Part shown: positions 26,347 to 53,464 of the stretch, piece after piece | How the letters are laid out: each line of letters opens with the position of its first letter | How positions within the stretch are numbered: position 1 is the first letter of the stretch | The notes under the pieces: model-generated | What the model was told of the DNA's origin: nothing | The model's input: only the letters and a program-made list of their open reading frames with translations | Database searches by the model: none | From: Lingula anatina | Lineage: Eukaryota; Animalia; Brachiopoda | Reading direction: 5' to 3' | Assembly (NCBI GenBank): GCA_051362555.1 | Contig: CM120640.1 | Location: 58,072,788 to 58,136,787 of the forward strand | DNA length: 64,000 nt | Made by a program: the position numbers and the translations under genes

Positions 26347-28672
26347 ATCAGTGCCAAGATCTGCAAGAAAAAAGTTTATAAATAAATATAACCCCTTTTC
26401 AAAATTGACAAAAATATCTCATATTTCTAATTGTTATTTTGGTCAGCTTAGGGTTATATCAAATCAAATTCCCAATTATGCGAAACTTTCATATCATAGT
26501 GCATTCACTTGAGATTTGTATCACTTATTTGCATTCCCCTCTGGCCGAATGCTTGAAGGGATAGTAACTGTTCGTTTTGGCCAAAAAATGAATTTTCCTG
26601 GAGTAAACAACAATTTTCCCATACTTACCAATGGTTAATGAATTCATTTCTACATTCAAAGTTAGTCCCTGGTTTTTTCTAAAAAGTTTGTTTTTTGTTA
26701 TAATCTCTTAAGAGTATAGCCATCTACGGAGGTCACGTGGTCCGATGACAAGCTCAGATATCAGAATAAATAGCTATAACTGCCGTTTTTTGTGGTAAAA
26801 CAGAATATATATTATATTTCTATGAGTTAATTGTTTACAGTGGTTTTATTGTGAAATATAGATCTCATACGAAGAGTTATTATCCCTTTAAGCAATGACA
26901 ACTGTTCATATATCATTCAAAATTCCATATTCAAAACATTATCAAACACAAACTGTAGAAGTATAATAGTTGCATTTACCTCCAAAATGTATGGAAAATT
27001 CATTTCATGGTACTTCCCCCTTCAAAATGAATAGTTGTCGTATCTTTAACTTGTTTCTATTTGTGAAAAGACAATACAGTTGTCTATTTTTCTCAAAAAT
27101 TCTTTTTTATTTCTGCCTAAGTATTTAACTGATTGGCATGGGGAACACAATGTAGAAATATCCTAGCACCTGTATGTCTTAGAACATCTTTTTGAGTCAC
27201 AATGTATATTTCATGGTTCTATCGATAGTCTTGAGGGATGAGGCAATTCAATATTAAATTTACACAAAACTAATCAGTAAAACTGTCAAATTTACAGAGA
27301 TATTATGAAATATAATGGCAGTGCATCAAAAGTCTAAAAATGATAATTAATCTACTTATTTCATGTCGAAAGAGCACAAAATGTCTTTTTGTCAATTTTG
27401 ACACAATATTACAAAATGCTTAATAACATAATCACTACTACTGAGTAGTTTTGACCATGTCACTACTTTAAGTTGTTTTTGTGGAAATTCTAAAATGTAA
27501 CATAAGCACAGGGATTTATACCCATGGATATTCAAGCCCACACCTGGACAATGCAAGTTTAAGTTAGTGAAAAATGAAAGCATAATATATGAAAACTTCA
27601 TATTTTAGCCCTATATGAATCATTCCTGTGAGTTAATGAATTATAAGTGAAAATCAATTATTCAAGTTGCACATACTCTGCTGAAAAGGCATTAATTATT
27701 GTATTGCCGCCAACATTGCTGTGAATGAGGTAAGATTCATCTGCTCATCTACCATTTGCAGTTATGAATTCACACATTCGTTGCAGACTCCCATAAACAG
27801 ATTCTGAATGCGATTAATGAGCACCTGTACATTTTTATGCGTTAGCATGTGTACATATTAGAAAGGGTAGGAGTGCTAACACATGCAACTTTGCACTGTG
27901 CATGTACCTATCGGTGACGTTTCTGCATGTGCATCTCGGTGTCCAATCTAAACTGCACCCAAGGCTTGATAGTAAAACTAATGGAAATCTGTCAAATTGT
28001 AACTGAATACATCACTTGAAAAATAACAGCAAAACTCGCTGTTTTTCGATGATTCATCACTTTACAGGCGATATCTAGATTATAACGTAGTTAATTACCA
28101 AATCATTTAATTTTATGAAAAATAAAATACAACAAGACTCAACCCACCATCAACACAGTTCGATCTCAGCGCCGTCTGACGTGTCAAGATAGCCCTTGTG
28201 CACATATAACGTCATTTCATTAATGTTAAGATATTAGGTTCTTCGGCTTCAAAAATATAAATATTGAAGGTATACTTTAAAATGAATTTTTAAATAACAG
28301 TCTTGTGGGAATATAGGTGAAGACCCAGTGTCATATGTTAGAACACATTACGTTCTAAAAGCCGCAGAGCTCTTTTGCATGTGAAGGATAAATCTGCTTT
28401 TCTTCAAGGAGGTGATTGTATATTTGGGCAACTTGTGAGCGGGATACATAGGCGCACGTGGGGATTTGACACATTGAAAACCTTTCTTTAAAGGCGATAT
28501 ATCAGAGAATCACTTTATTATTGTATTTGCTGTCTGGTTTTGATAGGCGATAAATCTTTTGTGACTAACCTTAGCAACCCAGAGGATACCGCCTCGCTCA
28601 AGACAAGAAAGCTGACCCCACCCTCACCTTAGACTGTTGAGTTGAAGTCTTCACACTAAGAAACTCAGCAAA

Positions 28673-43566
<14,894 letters not shown>

Positions 43567-43925
43567 ATAGAATTCTTACATCAGCTTTTATTATTTAGCA
43601 ACAACATTTAATCAATATACAGAATGAGTGTCACACGAAATTTACAGAGAAGTGCTGATTTGTTGACAAGGCAAGACTGAAGGTACATTTTGTAATAAAC
43701 AAGAAGGCAGCCCTTTATTTCCATGTTTAGTTGCTAGTCTAGTGATATGCCATACAGATTGTTTGAAGCATGTAGTTGTTAAGTTAAAACTATTCATCTG
43801 CAATAGAGTTAACAGTAGGTGATGAATTGTGACCAGTTTCAAAAAGAAGAAAATACCCTGCCATTGTTTGTATGACTCACAGTATAAAACAAACCATGGC
43901 ATAAATAAACACCATACCAATGATG

Positions 43926-44147
43926 TACCCTCTACCAGGGCGACAGATTGATTTTCCACAGATATTCACAGATGTGTCTCTAGATAAATAGACGGTCATT
44001 TTGGTCTGTTGTCAACAAGATTTCATATAACAGAATTGAATTTTTTTCAGTGTTTTTTTTTCAATTGTTGTCAACAGACCAAAATGACCGGCTGTTTATC
44101 TAGAGACATATCTGTGGAAAATCAATCTGTCGCCCTAGTAGAGGGTA
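43926..44147. mobile_element. Foldback MITE with ~85-bp TIRs and 9-bp TSD (CCAATGATG), Mutator-like, in the probable ERM-B 3' UTR
   Basis: TACCCTCTACCAGGGCGACAGATTGATTTTCCACAGAT.. / ..ATCTGTGGAAAATCAATCTGTCGCCCTAGTAGAGGGTA; CCAATGATG at 43917-43925 and 44148-44156. Confidence 0.85.
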
Positions 44148-46564
44148 CCAATGATGGATTTCTTACTATCCTAATTAACAACTCTTAGCTCTTCTGTTTT
44201 GACATGCAGTCATTATGCAATGAACCACCATCCAGTTTAGTAAATTACTTGCAGCTGGAGATGAAGCGAACTGCAATTTAGCACCAAGCATGCTATATAT
44301 ATTTATATATTATTCTAGTATTTATAGGCTAATTATCACATGTATGACTTAACATGGTTAGTAAAAGGTCACCTGGTGCTGTTTGTGAATTGATTTTGAT
44401 TAATTTTTCTTTTGATTTTCAATAATGCTACTGATTATGTTATATAGGTGTTGTGGCTTAAAGTATTATGTATGCGCTATACATCTCATATACACTTTTG
44501 CATCCCAATCACTTTAGTTGTGCCAAGGCTTCATGCTTGTACTGATAATTGATGACAATATCATCAATGAGAATCTCCACAACACTTTACAAATTTTATT
44601 TTTACATTGTATATGTGAATATGGCCAATCTGTTTAGTGTAACTCCAATAGATGAACTTAAAATACCTCATGGTGATTTTGATCAGATTTAAAGCATTTG
44701 CTCATTAGTCCTAATTAATTCTAACATCATTTGAACATTATTTGTTACTATTCTGAAATGTCAACAGGTTATATTTACGATTAGTCAGTCTCAGCTTTGT
44801 ATAATGTTTGTGTGTATTTACAAATATAATTTCTTCTGTTAAGCCTTGTATTCTTAAATGCTTTTCAAAATTTATAGTTTTTGTCATATATAGACAGCAA
44901 ATATTTTAAGGCTGCTGATACCCACATATTTTTGCTTTTAATTATTTTAGCATATGTATTCTCATTTTACTATATTGTACTTGTTGGTGCTGCTCACTTT
45001 ATAATTTTTTTTTTAATTTTAGAAATGTAAATGAATGAAGAAATTATAGGTTGAATAGGAGTTGCAATGTTAGATGATGGATTTTACCAAACAAGATTTC
45101 ATATAACAGAATTGAATTTTTTTCAATGCAACATTATCTATTGATCTCCACATTTAGTTTTAATCTTTGACAAAGTGGCATGTTCCTAAAATGTTCATTT
45201 CAGGGAATGTCTTCTTTTTTGCTTGACCTTTCTGCAAGATGGAAAAGGTCTAGAAATTGAAAATGGTTCTTTTTTTCCAATTCATAAAATACTTCTTGGT
45301 TGATTTTGAGCTACAAAACTTTTACTGTTTTTGTCTGGTTATGGTTCCCAATCATAATTTGCTTTCATTTTATATAAATACATTTGATTTTCCATTTTTG
45401 CTTTGTGCTCAAAATATGGTGGAAGTAAATATAAAATTTAACTTTAGTTTAAATCTGCTTTAATTGTATATGTAAAGGTCTCATCCCCCCCCCCCCCAAG
45501 TTATGTTTTGAGTAATCGCATGTATATGTAGATGAACTCTTGGTGCTGCTTTGCATAGTCTTGCCATCAAGAATGTCATGATTAGCAAGGATATTTATAC
45601 TGTTGCCAATAAAATCATGTATGAAAACAGATTTGTTAAAATTTTGTGATTTTCATGTACGCTGTATAGTGATTCCCAGTCTGTCCATGCCGTTGTTGCA
45701 GTCTGACACATTTGTTTGCCCCATTTCCACCAAACTATTTTTGTTTTACTTTAAATTACGTAGACTTCGGTAAAAAGACAGGTCAAGTTAAAATCAGCAC
45801 AATTGAATTGAATTCAGGAATGTCACCATTTGTTTTTCTTCATTCACTATTCCGAGTTGCTCTACAAGTACCAAACTGCATTTTTCGATTAATTAAATTT
45901 TACTAGGAGGCTTTGTTTGGTGAAAAGGCAGGTTGAGCTGAAGTTTATTTTTCACTTAATCTACATGAAATGTTAGGTGTTTATATTTCCTAGCTTCTTA
46001 CTATTCATTGCTTCTTTGCATTTATGTATGCAGTACCCAAATCATGTAATTAGTTGGTAAAAATTGATGTAGTGCTGGAAAAATAAAATCGACTAAACCT
46101 GTTTATTCAAAACAATTTTAGATGTACTGAGATCAATCTCCACCAGTTTTTTCAATGTTAAAAAGGAAAAGAGTTTCTTCTTCATTACTGTAATGTTAAA
46201 TTATGAACATCACACACTGACAGCCTTAATGCCTTTGCAACAAGGCCTGACATTTGAAGAAGAATTAAACTGACACTTATTTAAAAAAAAAATACAAACA
46301 TTATTAATATTTATCGGTCAACAGTTTGATATGCCAGTTTTAGTCCCAATATACTCGACTAATGTGTCTGTCTGGTAGAGACACAGAGGTGAAATAAGCA
46401 AGATGGCCATTAATTTCATATCACATCTTTCCATAATAACAAATCCTGTACTTCTCCGCCACCTTTGTCCAAGATCAAGTGATTCTAGCTCAACTTCCTC
46501 ATCAAATCCAACCTCCAGTCAAAATCACTTTACTCCTGAGTGAAGCACAAGAGTTGCCTATCTT

Positions 46565-49500
46565 TCACTTACTCACATACTTAATCTCATCAAATGCTTT
46601 CCTTGCTTTTCTTAATTCTTCATTCATTGTTAATAGTTCTTTTACTCTTGAATATTTCTTTGGGTCTTTTCTAATGAGGAAAATAATGTCTTCTACAAGA
46701 ATTCTTCCTGGTCTTCCACATTCCATTGCTTTCTTTGTCTGAAAAATAAAATCAATAAGAGTCCAGAACCAATTTTAAAGTCACTTTAAATAAACTGAGA
46801 GAGATCCAATGATAATCGTAATATTTTAACGTATTCTCTTTTTATAACTAAGTGAGGTACCATCTTATCTTAATTCCATTTGATATAACCATTGCAATCT
46901 GCTTTTGTTTAAAAAATAACATTAAAAAGTTAAAAAGTTTTAAAGTTAAAGGTGATTGATTACAATGCTTGTCCATTTCATTTTGTCTGTAATGGTGATC
47001 AAGTATCAAAATTTTCAAAAAAATAATCATTTTAAAGTTTTTAAGTCACAAGTTTAGGCTTCTACTAATCAATATTTCTGCCAAATTTGAACTATACACA
47101 TATCATAATTTTTGATAATAGAACTTTAAAGAGTCAAAAATCTGCCTTAAATGCAAAATGAATACCACAGAATGCCCCATAAAAACAGTTTAACAAGAGG
47201 GAAGATTTGATTCAAGGCACTGCTCTGGGAACTCTGATGACAAGATGCCTTGCTTCTGAAGAAACTAGAGGAAACTGAAGTTCAAAAATAAGTGGATATT
47301 GGTTTGCTGTCTTACCATCTCTGTGATGTAGTCTATCACCAAATCTTCCAGCAAGTCAACAGATTCTTGATAAGGATTTTGGTCATCTCCAAACCCATAC
47401 ATCATGCACCGTACTGAAATATATAATGTATATTTTCTTGGCAGTGAACTAATAAACAAAGAATTCATTCTTATTCATTATGTGACATAAAACTAGAAAA
47501 GTATCAACACTTCACCTTTAAACCAAAAATAGAACTTGAGGAACTGACATTTTTAGTTGCTTACTAGTATTGTGTGTTTAGTTACCAAAGGAAAACGCTT
47601 TCACAGCTGACAAACAATTGACATACATTCTGCTTTCTGATCAATTTGCCCTCACATAATGGAAGGACAACACCATCCTCTACTCAGGCCATTTAAGCCT
47701 CTGATTGATCCAAATCACCCAAGCAATATCTACTATAATCACTACACTCACATTCTTTTGAAAATATCTTCTTTCTTTTTTCTATTTCCATTGGCCCATC
47801 CTCTTCCTCTTCTTCCTCCAACTAAAATAAAATGAAATTACATGTATGTTGCTACTGCTGTGCAGATTAAGCAAACTAAACACGATATGTTAAATTTGTT
47901 AAACTAAGTAAGGGATAGTGTGATCTTCTATGGATCTATTTCAAATCGCTGGAAACTGGAAAAGTCCCTCTGTGCTTTAAGGCAGTGATAAGACCACTGA
48001 TAAAGAAGGCAGACCTTAATTCTAATGTCCTTTTAAGTTTATAGTTTTTAAAAAACTATCGACCAATCTCAAATCTGTCATTTCTTTCCAAACTCCTGGA
48101 ACGTATTGTTGCAAGCCAATTAAACGACTATTTGAGCAGTTTTTCCTTATATGCAAATTACCAGTCTGCATATAGACCAAACCACATTACAGAAACAGCC
48201 CTTCTTAAGGTGCAGAATGACATTCTCCAAGCCCTGAACGATCAGAAACATGTGATATTGATTCTTCTTGATCTATCAGCAGCTTTCGATACTCTCGATC
48301 ACGACATATTGCTCCAACGACTTGCACATCGGTTTGGGATAACTGGGACAGTTCTCTCCTGGTTTCGGTCTTATCTAACTGGACGCGAGCAACATGTACG
48401 CTTAGGCTCTTCTATTTCAAAATTAAGCAAATTACTTTATGGTGTGCCACACTCTACACCTCACCAATTGAGGATACAGTTGCTCAGTTTGGTTTCAATT
48501 TGATGTTGTATGCAGATGATCCCCAGATATATGTTATATGTGAAAATCCTTGTGATGAAAAAGCAACTATTGAGGCTTGTGTGAATGAACTTAGATCTTG
48601 GCTCAAGTCCAACTACTTAGTTTTTAATGATGAAAAAACTGAATTAGTCCATTTCAACTCGTAAGTTTTCCAAAGACAATACTGCACTTGATAGTATTAG
48701 AGTTGGGGATTCTTTTATAAAACCAACAACAGAAGTAAGGAACTTGGGTGTTATTTTTAATAACAAATGTGAAATGACATCACACATTAACAAAGTATGT
48801 AAAACAGCATATTTTAGTCTCCAACGGATATCCAAGATCTCTCACCTTATTAACACCAAGCAAACTGAATTACTCATCCATGCATTTGTAACCTCTAGAC
48901 TGGATTATTGCAATAGCCTATTGTTTGGAATACCTCACTATCAAATGGAAAAGCTACAATCAATTCAGAACTCTGCTGCTCGTCTCCTCTGTAAAGCTCA
49001 GAAGTCCAACCACATCACACCAATTCTGCGAAACCTCCACTGGCTACCTGTGTCTCAACAAATAGTTTTTAAAATATTACTTTTGACTTTTAAGATTTTA
49101 AAGGGCGACCGTCCATTTTACTTAAATTCTACCATAGAACTTTTAACTCCTATCAGATCACTTCGATCTAGTGGACAACTTCAACTTAAGCGAAAAGACA
49201 CCAAATGACTCTTAAAACATATGGACAAAGAAGTTTCGAGATTTGTGCACCGATTTTATGGTCTAATTTTATCACAAGATCTAATGTATCTCTGGATGAC
49301 TCATATTACTGTTTTAAGAAGAATTTAAAAACTGTTTAAAGAATACTTTAATTTATAGCATCTTTTTAGTTTTTAAAATTTTTAAGTATTCTGTTTTTAG
49401 TCTATACTGGCTTTAATTTATCTGTGGAGTTTTTTTTATTTTTTATGTTAACAGCGCTGAGACGCATGTGTAGCACGGTTTTAAAGAAGTGCTTTTTATT

Positions 49501-49629
49501 ATTATTTAGTACTCTCAGTGTCTCACCCCCCCCCCCCCCCCTCTCACCAGGGTCACTATTTTTTGAATGTCGAGTAGAAGACAACATAAACATTCTCACC
49601 TGATCTTTTGAAGTGTCTGCCTCTGCCAT
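46565..49629 (-). CDS. TAF13: Transcription initiation factor TFIID subunit 13; exons 49629-49600, 47821-47752, 47413-47316, 46738-46565
   Basis: KRKKIFSKELRCMMYGFGDDQNPYQESVDLLEDLVIDYITEMTKKAM..GRILVEDIIFLIRKDPKKYSRVKELLTMNEELRKARKAFDE. Confidence 0.95.
47930..49507 (+). mobile_element. 5'-truncated, frameshifted L2/CR1-group LINE (reverse transcriptase) in TAF13 intron 1, antisense to TAF13
   Basis: NYRPISNLSFLSKLLERIV, QSAYRPNHITETALLKV, LLDLSAAFDTLDH, YGVP, YADD, SRLDYCNSLL, LHWLPV; (TTA)n-like tail at ~49495-49507. Confidence 0.92.
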
Positions 49630-49901
49630 TTTTATCCTCATATACTTTACTTAATAAAACTAAGGCTACTTTCACTACTATGTACCAAACTATACACTTA
49701 AATCTGTTTAAATTTGCACCACAATATCACAAAGTTTGTAGTCAAAGGAAAACAGGAGCAATCCTCGTTCTCGCACACACTCTCGCACCAAACATTTGCT
49801 GCGGGACTACGCTTACATAAAACGTGATATTTCAATGCGTCTGCTAGCGACCCACAAACTGACCTTTTGCTACCAAATAAGATAAGGATAACTGAATACA
49901 C
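49630..49901. promoter_or_regulatory. Putative bidirectional promoter TAF13/COX17
   Basis: Only 272 bp between divergent ATGs; locally CpG-richer. Confidence 0.7.
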
Positions 49902-51295
49902 ATGGGGAATTCATCTAGTCAGTCAACAGAGAAGGCAAGAGCAGGGCCATTAAGCGCGTCAGTTATGTCTGAGAAGGCTGATGAAATCAAGAGAGATGAA
50001 CAAGGCAGACCCTTGGATAAGGATGGAAATCCATTAAAACCTTGCTGTGCCTGCCCTGAAACTAAGAAAGTTAGAGATGAATGGTAAACTATATTGATAT
50101 TCTTAATTTATGAAATGACACTTAGTTTTTTGCAAAGTAACACAGGTAACACCACGTGTTTGTGCATGTGAACCCAGTAAAGTGAAGGCTTAGCAATAAC
50201 AGACTTGTTATGAGTTTCATGTACTGCCTACTGGTATATAAAGTAATGATCAAAGCAAACGTTACCTATCAATGCAGTATTTTAATAGCTTATGCAATTA
50301 TCAAGTAAGGGTCCATTTCCATTGAAACTATTGGTCTACGTAGGTCATTCTTGCTGAATGGAGTTTAACAGATTAACACGTCTCCTCCAGGCGTGGAATG
50401 GATAACACAAATAAAAGAATGTTAGAAACAAGAGGAAGAGTATTAATCTGTTAAACTGATTGCATTCACTGAGAGTCTCTGTGGAGTTGGATTGATCTAC
50501 ATAGACTGATAGTTTGTATGGGCATGTGTCCAAACATCCTATGTAGGCTATTTTTGGCAGGTTTAAGAAATACATGTAAGTTGTGATAAAAATTACTTAC
50601 ACAATCTTATTTAATCTAACTATTTTAATAGAAGTTTTTAGTTAGAGTGGATGTACCATACATGGAACATTGCCCCTGTTTTTTCTTGGTGTTGACTGAG
50701 GGCAGTTATAATTTTTGACACTTTTCTGGGTGAATTTTTCTTGTTTTGTTAACCGTATCTATCCAGTGTCTCCAGTATTAAATAATTCTTTCACCATGTT
50801 TGGCACTCAGAATAACAGTATGTACAACTTCATTAATATTTGGCAGGTTCCAATTTTCTTTCTAACAAATGTTAAGTTCTCATACAGTAGTCTGTTCAGG
50901 TAAAGCACTTTGTCTCTGTTTCTTATTTTTCTTTTTAGTTACACCTTTCAAAAAGAGAAGCATACCTTGGTTTTATCCTATTCAGTTTTGTTCACTTCTT
51001 CATAATTTTTTGCTTTTCCTGTTTTCTCCTTTAATTATTTATTCTGGATAACCATAGTTTCTACATGCCTCCCTGATCTTGTCCTTCCCTAGCTCGATCT
51101 TGTCTTGGTCTCTAGTCAGTGTGTCTGACCTGTGGATAAGTCATGGCTACCAGTATGAGCTGAGTCTGCCTCCTCTCATCACATCATATTCTCACCATTT
51201 CTTTTTTTAGTATACTTCACAATGGCGAAGAAAATTGTAAAGAACTTATAGAGGCACATAAGGAATGCCTTCGAAAGTTGGGATTTAACATTTGA
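49902..51295 (+). CDS. COX17: Cytochrome c oxidase copper chaperone; exons 49902-50083 and 51211-51295
   Basis: [45 protein letters not shown]: CC copper site plus twin CX9C. Confidence 0.95.
50600..51190 (-). mobile_element. Possible highly decayed Penelope-like retroelement in the COX17 intron
   Basis: Minus-strand pieces [19 protein letters not shown] and NTGDTG resemble the Penelope NGYP linker and GIY-YIG YIGETG order; very degenerate. Confidence 0.3.
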
Positions 51296-53464
51296 TACAG
51301 TTACAGCAAACTTTGAAGCAGTAGCAGCATTGTATGTATTCTATTTGCTTATTTAGATGAATTCATAAAAACAGCTATAAGCTGTCTCAATAGTATAAGT
51401 TTGAAAATACTCATGCCAAGAAATCAGTTTATGCAATATGATAAATAGTAACTTAGAGAAAACTGGACTTTATTCTTCATTTTATTTGAAGTTTATTATT
51501 GAGAACTAGGGTAGCCATTTGATATTGATTATATAGTTATAAACTTAATGTTTGTTTGTTCTTTTTTTCAGTCAGTAAGGATCTCTGTACATGTCTCACC
51601 AAAAAATGGCTATTTATAATAAGGATCAACAGAAGAACATTTCAATTTAATCATTGAAAAAATGGAATATATTAATGTTAATGGCTCTATTTATTATGTT
51701 GAAACATTCAGGAGGGACATTTTTACTTTTTTAGGGGGGTGTCTCTTTCTGTGAAAATAAAGAGTTGGAGAGTTTTTATCAATTTTACATAAACTGAATA
51801 GTAGGAATTCGGTGAGACAGCATGGCTTCCCTTTTTAAATAGCATTTTCTGTTCCCATCACACCACATTATACCTTAAAATATGTGCATGGTTAAAGATT
51901 GTTGACTGCTGAGTTAAAGTTGCAATATGACACATGGTGGAAAGTTTGTTGTAGTGTTTTATTATTGAATCATTCAGGAAATTTATTAATGCTCTATGTA
52001 TTAAATTTTGTGATATGTGAAGTATACACAGAAGAGTAAACAAGTTTATGCATATATGGAAATTGTTGTTCTGTTTTTAATAATTAAATGAAAAGACTTT
52101 AATGGGTTAAAACCTATCTTAGACATATATGGATAAGCATAAATCGGGATAAAATAAAGAAGGAAATATAAACTCCTCATATTTTATTCTGACATATTGC
52201 TACTGAGAAAACATCATGCTTTGTCATTGTGACTTTGCATTTTTTGGCAAATGGATTGAGTTTAAGTTCTATAACTACCAAAACATTGTACAAGCTTAAT
52301 TGCCATTCGAATTTAGCATTTGTTCGCAATAAAACTTGCATAACTAAAATTGTCAATACCATTAGCCCAAAATGCAGTGGTGTGTATTTTTTTTTTTTTT
52401 TTTTTTTGGGGGGGGGTTAAACTACTAATTACTTAATGAATTTAATGAATATACAAATCATAAGATGCGTCTTAATGAACAACATATTACTCGAGTTTTA
52501 AAAATGCATTTTATACAGTTTTACTTGATGCAGTTGCATAGTAATTTTTTGTGAACTGCAAAACCATGTCAAACTATTTACTACACTCTCATGCTTTCAT
52601 ATATATTTTGCAGTTGTTTTGATAGTGAACATGTGTTTGGGTGTGCTTGAATAATGGTTTTAATCTGTTTTGCAGACAGCAGAAATGAATTAGATCCAAG
52701 TGTTTTTATACTTGATACAAAGAGATCATATGGAAATATAAAATGACAAAAAATAAATAAATAAATAAATAAATCTTGGGTCAACTTGCTTCAGGCACAG
52801 ATAAAAGTAAAATGCTGTCATCATTGCAGTCAACTCGGACTGAATTTTATTAACAATATTTGTCTAAATATATTTATCTTTTAAAAGTTGGAATATTGGC
52901 AATTTAATTAGGCATCAAACATTTAAGTTAGTGCCAAATCATAAGTAATTATTTGCCTTTGGTACAAGTATGTAGCACATGGTATTGCCATTTTGCCTTT
53001 GTGAATACAGTTATAAGCATTCGGTTGAATGGCATAAGAACAAACATACCCAAAGTATGGTGTATTTTAACGTTATAAGCTATTAATATTTTCAGAACAT
53101 GCATTCAGCTTCACAGTATGATTTTGAAGAAAAATATTGAGCATGTGTTGACCATAGTTCATTTTATAAACATGATATATTTAATCTTTGTTATTAGTTT
53201 TATTATAATAAAAGGTACATTTCAAACATCAAAATGCATATTTACAAAACATTTATTTTTTATGCTCAGATTAAACTCAATTTAGGAGTACTTAGGCCAA
53301 ATTTAGCCTATTGGTAGAGTTAAAAATATTGCCATGATTAGTTCTGGTACAAACAACTTACAAGATACATTTACAGCTCTATTTACAATATCTGAAGCAA
53401 TGTAATTGTAGTCTATAAATCAAATGTTAGTGTAGTAGTGTCTTGTACAGAATTGCTTGAAGGC

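Noticed and set aside
48132-49208. Reverse transcriptase ORFs as a novel RT system or domesticated gene
   Set aside because: Ordinary 5'-truncated L2/CR1-group LINE with frameshifts, stops and a deletion after YGVP.
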